A DNA stretch of 57,997 nt from Octopus bimaculoides (lineage: Eukaryota). Made by a program: the position numbers and the translations under genes. The notes below the pieces were generated by a model. The model made no database searches. It saw only the letters and a list, made by a program, of their open reading frames with translations, and was not told where the DNA came from. The stretch is taken from positions 26,227,740 to 26,285,736 of the forward strand of contig NC_068992.1 in assembly GCF_001194135.2 (NCBI RefSeq). Reading direction: 5' to 3'. Below, in pieces: positions 54,270 to 57,997 of this stretch; position 1 is the stretch's first letter; each line of letters begins with the position of its first letter.

Positions 54270-54335
54270 GCTCTGGTTAAACCATTCAACCATAGCCAGG
54301 CTGGAAAACGGATATTAAAGGATGATTATGAGGAT
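54270..54335 (+). mobile_element. RTE-type 3' terminal fragment
   Basis: aaaccattcaaccatagccaggctggaaaacggatattaaaggatgattatgaggatg resembles the ccgtccaacccatg end at 19191-19204 and has a (GAT)-like tail. Confidence 0.5.
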
Positions 54336-54680
54336 GGGAAAATCTCTTTTAAAGGTCATGAGTGCTGTCACTTCCTTCCTGAATTTACTATTAAAATAAG
54401 GGAAACAAAGTACAGAGAAATAAAGTACTGGTTTTAAATTGATATTAATCAAATAGATATTTAAGTTTTCACCCGTATTATTTAAATTTAAATAACTATG
54501 TTGTCTAGCCGGCAAAATTCACTACAGAGAATTATTTTCGGCAGAATTATTTCCGGTACTTGGCGCGCTAAAACAAAGACATTTGAAATACAATCCCAAA
54601 TGTAATTGGTAGAACTATATAGAAGTTCAATCTCATGCGGACGTTTCGTGTTTAGTTCTGCATTATATATTGCGAAGACG

Positions 54681-54752
54681 ATCATACTGAAGAGTTGCAG
54701 ACAATTACGTAAGTAATTACGTAAGTAGTTAACAACGAAATCGGTCTATGAT
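54681..54752 (+). ncRNA. Type I hammerhead ribozyme
   Basis: ATCATA-CTGAAGA-GTTG...CAAC-GAAA-TCGG-TC-TATGAT. Stem I is ATCATA/TATGAT (6 bp), stem II is GTTG/CAAC, stem III is minimal (A-U plus a U.G wobble), and the GUC triplet predicts a cut after 54746. Confidence 0.75.
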
Positions 54753-54905
54753 TAATCTTTATATTTTGTATCTTTCCATTCGTATTGCTCGCTTACGTTC
54801 TGGTGTTTGCTGAATCCTACTAGCAAAGGGATGTCCACTTAGTGGTCATCCCTCTTATATGTATGTAATATATACACTATATATGTATATATGTGCAAAT
54901 ATATA

Positions 54906-54958
<53 letters not shown>

Positions 54959-55021
54959 TGTGTGTGCGCGTGTGCGTTCGTGTGTGTCTTTGTGTGTGTT
55001 CGTGTGTGTGTGTGTGTATTA

Positions 55022-55240
55022 TTTCTTTACTACCCACAATGGGCTACACACAGATGGGACAAACAAAGACAGAGAAACGTATTGAGTCAATTATATCGAC
55101 CCCAGTGCCTAACTGTTACTTATTTAATCGACCCCGAAAGGATGAAAGGCAAAGTCGACCTCGGTGGAATTTGAACGTAGCGGCAGACGAAATACCACAA
55201 AGCATTTCGACCGGCGTGCTAACGTTTCTGCCAGCTCGCC
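55022..55240 (-). mobile_element. tRNA-derived SINE (GGCGAGCTGGCAGAA head) with a different 3' tail
   Basis: Minus strand ggcgagctggcagaaacgttagcacgccgg...gttcaaattccaccgaggtcgactttgcctttcatcctttcggggtcg...ctgtctttgtttgtcccatctgtgtgtagcccattgtggg. Confidence 0.88.
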
Positions 55241-55316
55241 AGGAATCTTACGACACTGAAGTCTCTGCGCAAGCACCAGCGAAACTCACAGAAGCAAGAA
55301 ACTGACGAGACCAATA

Positions 55317-55354
<38 letters not shown>

Positions 55355-55380
55355 TGTGTGTGTGTACGTATGTATGTATT

Positions 55381-55438
<58 letters not shown>

Positions 55439-56288
55439 TGTGTGCATATATATACACATGCTTGTGCATATATATACGTATATATGCACGAAAAGAAAAA
55501 TGTATATGTATATAAGTATGTATGTATGTATGTACATATGTATGTATGTTATCAATCAGTTTCATTTCTGTATGGATGGATGTATGTATGTATGTATGTA
55601 AATATGCATGTGTGCGTGTCTTTGTGTATGAAACTTGAATAATATGGCAGAAGTGAAACACAAGTGTTTGATACAGACAATATAATATATGGCTTATTAG
55701 AAGAAAACGTTCATTTCGTGGCTCGTGTTTCATGCCACTGTAAACAACGGACAATAACAGTAACAATTAGCTTTCAACGGTGTTTTTACTTTCCCTGCTG
55801 TAGCTGTCGCCTCATATTTCTTTTCGTTCATTATTTGTGTTACACTAACACAAACGTAAATAGTAATTACTGCCAAAATAAATCCATACATTCTACTATA
55901 AAATACACTAAAACAAATCTTAAAACTGCATTCCATGTTAAACAGAATATTGGCGAAAGTACAAAGTTGTAAATAGTTACATATAGAACGAATAAACGAA
56001 TTAGAGACACGCTCACTCACCCAAAATACAAGACGTGTAATAACCACACAACGCAAAAATATAACCAAAGAAGTTGTAAAAAATAGTAGAATCAGTAAGT
56101 GTAAAACATTAAACTAACTAGTGTTATATGCAGCTTTGAACAGCATTTACAACGACGAATGTACACGTGCTACCAAAACCGAAATATAACTGTTCCCGAT
56201 TAAAGATCGAAGCGGCGTGAACGTTGAGAAGCAAACATTCACGTGAATTTAAGCTCCTTATCAAACTGTACACCTGTATACACACACA

Positions 56289-56430
56289 AACTTGATGTAG
56301 GCCTCCGTGTTGAGTCTGAGGCCTAGTAGAAAAATTAATAGAGGCATAATGTCGCCATAACCAGTGATCACTTCAAGCACCAAGATGTTGACTGGATATT
56401 TGATACTTATCACTCTCGGTATATGTTCTT
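56289..56430 (-). pseudogene. Tc1/mariner-superfamily transposase fragment
   Basis: EHIPRVISIKYPVNILVLEVITGYGDIMPLLIFLLGLRLNTEAYIKF resembles the VPxVxxTKxPxxxMVxGxxxxxGxxxPxxxFxxGxxxNxxxYI segment after the first catalytic Asp. Confidence 0.65.
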
Positions 56431-57118
56431 AGATTGCACTGTCGTCACTCTGAAATGTTCGTATAGGAGCTTCCAGTGCGAATAACAAGCATGCCATTTC
56501 CTTTCCAATTTCTGGCAGAGTGAATTAAGTTATGGTGCTGGTTTTCTCATAGACGATGCCCTGCTGACCCTACTATACTGAGTAGTAGACAAAATCAAAA
56601 ACTAACAATGCGCATGTGTATAATTAAAAATTTTAAATGCCGACAATTTACCCATTGCGCCTTATATATATGTATGTATATATATATATATATATNNNNN
56701 NNNNNNNNNNNNNNNNNNNNNNNNNNNNNNNNNNNNNNNNNNNNNNNNNNNNNNNNNNNNNNNNNNNNNNNNNNNNNNNNNNNNNNNNNNNNNNNNNNNN
56801 NNNNNNNNNNNNNNNNNNNNNNNNNNNNNNNNNNNNNNNNNNNNNNNNNNNNNNNNNNNNNNNNNNNNNNNNNNNNNNNNNNNNNNNNNNNNNNNNNNNN
56901 NNNNNNNNNNNNNAATATGCATTTATACACAAAGATTTTCAAGGGTCCCTCAGTAATTTTATGATTATCACATATATTTTCCCCAAAAAATTTGCAGCGA
57001 TTTCGAATTTCCAATAGGAATATAAGACTATGAACGACCAAGGTATATACATGTGTGTCTTTGTGTGTGTATGTGCGTGAGTATTTGTGTGTGCGCGTTA
57101 GAGTTTGTCTATGTAGAA

Positions 57119-57149
<31 letters not shown>

Positions 57150-57892
57150 AGGTGGCACTATATGTACACCCTTGTGCATCGAAACGGAAGAATTTATTCA
57201 ATACATGTTTTGGCATTCGGTTTGTGTGTTAATGGCGTATATATATATATATATATATATCGCCGGTACATATCGGCAAGAAAAAGAAAGAAAAAGAATC
57301 TTCTCTTTCAAACAAAATCCTTTGCAGTAATTGTTTTGTACCAAATCACTGCTTCTGCTCTTAATTTAACCATCAGAGATGAAATGAACTAGTAATTGGT
57401 CTGCTGTATGTCTGTAACGAACGACGTTATTGTTCACAAATTGATTGCGATAAAACATAAACAAACAAATATAAAAATAAAATTAAAATGATTCTCACAA
57501 ATTTAGTACATGAACAAATCTTCAGAAATACAAAAGCGCAACACAAACGCAGAGACACACAGAGACACTCTTGCGTCCACATTCACTACACGGACGCAAT
57601 TATTCAAAGAAACATTCAAATTCAACTTCTTAAAGACGGAGATTGAAAATAATGACAACATGAATACATTTAAATCTATATATCTGTGTAATTTAGTGTA
57701 ATTTACTGTACGATAATCTTTTGAAAAGAATTTTCATTAAAGACATTGACTTTTTCCCCATTACCCTGATAATTCCAGATGATTAACTATTTTATATGGT
57801 AGAATAAACTTATATACACACACACATATATATACATGTGTGTGTGTGTGTCTGTGTTTGTGTATGTACGTATGCAGATGTATGTGTAAGTA

Positions 57893-57929
<37 letters not shown>

Positions 57930-57997
57930 ACTTGGGGATGGTCATATTGCCAGTTTAGCCAATAAAAACACACGCACTGTATATTTGGTGTTAATTT

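Overview
AT-rich, microsatellite-dense eukaryotic DNA with 13 N-gaps, most flanked by (AT)n, which suggests a short-read scaffold. The tRNA-derived SINE families and LINE tails match repeats I recognise from Octopus, so a cephalopod origin is likely (recognition, not a database result). I find no host protein-coding gene I can confidently support; the window looks intergenic or intronic. It is a mosaic of decayed mobile elements: RTE LINEs, RLE-type LINEs, Penelope-like elements (PLEs), pogo/Tigger and mariner/Tc1 transposons, and several SINE families. The most interesting signal is a set of type I hammerhead ribozyme (HHR) motifs that fold by eye. Two sit in the 206-bp inverted arms of a PLE at 4327-5628, which also carries a GIY-YIG relic. 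One is stand-alone at 54681-54752. Four copies of a non-canonical minimal variant (A6 to U, loop-less stem III) occur in another dispersed repeat. A three-finger C2H2 fragment, a possible LINE-SINE shared 3' end and a few weak exon candidates are also reported. Element boundaries are approximate unless TIRs or TSDs are quoted.
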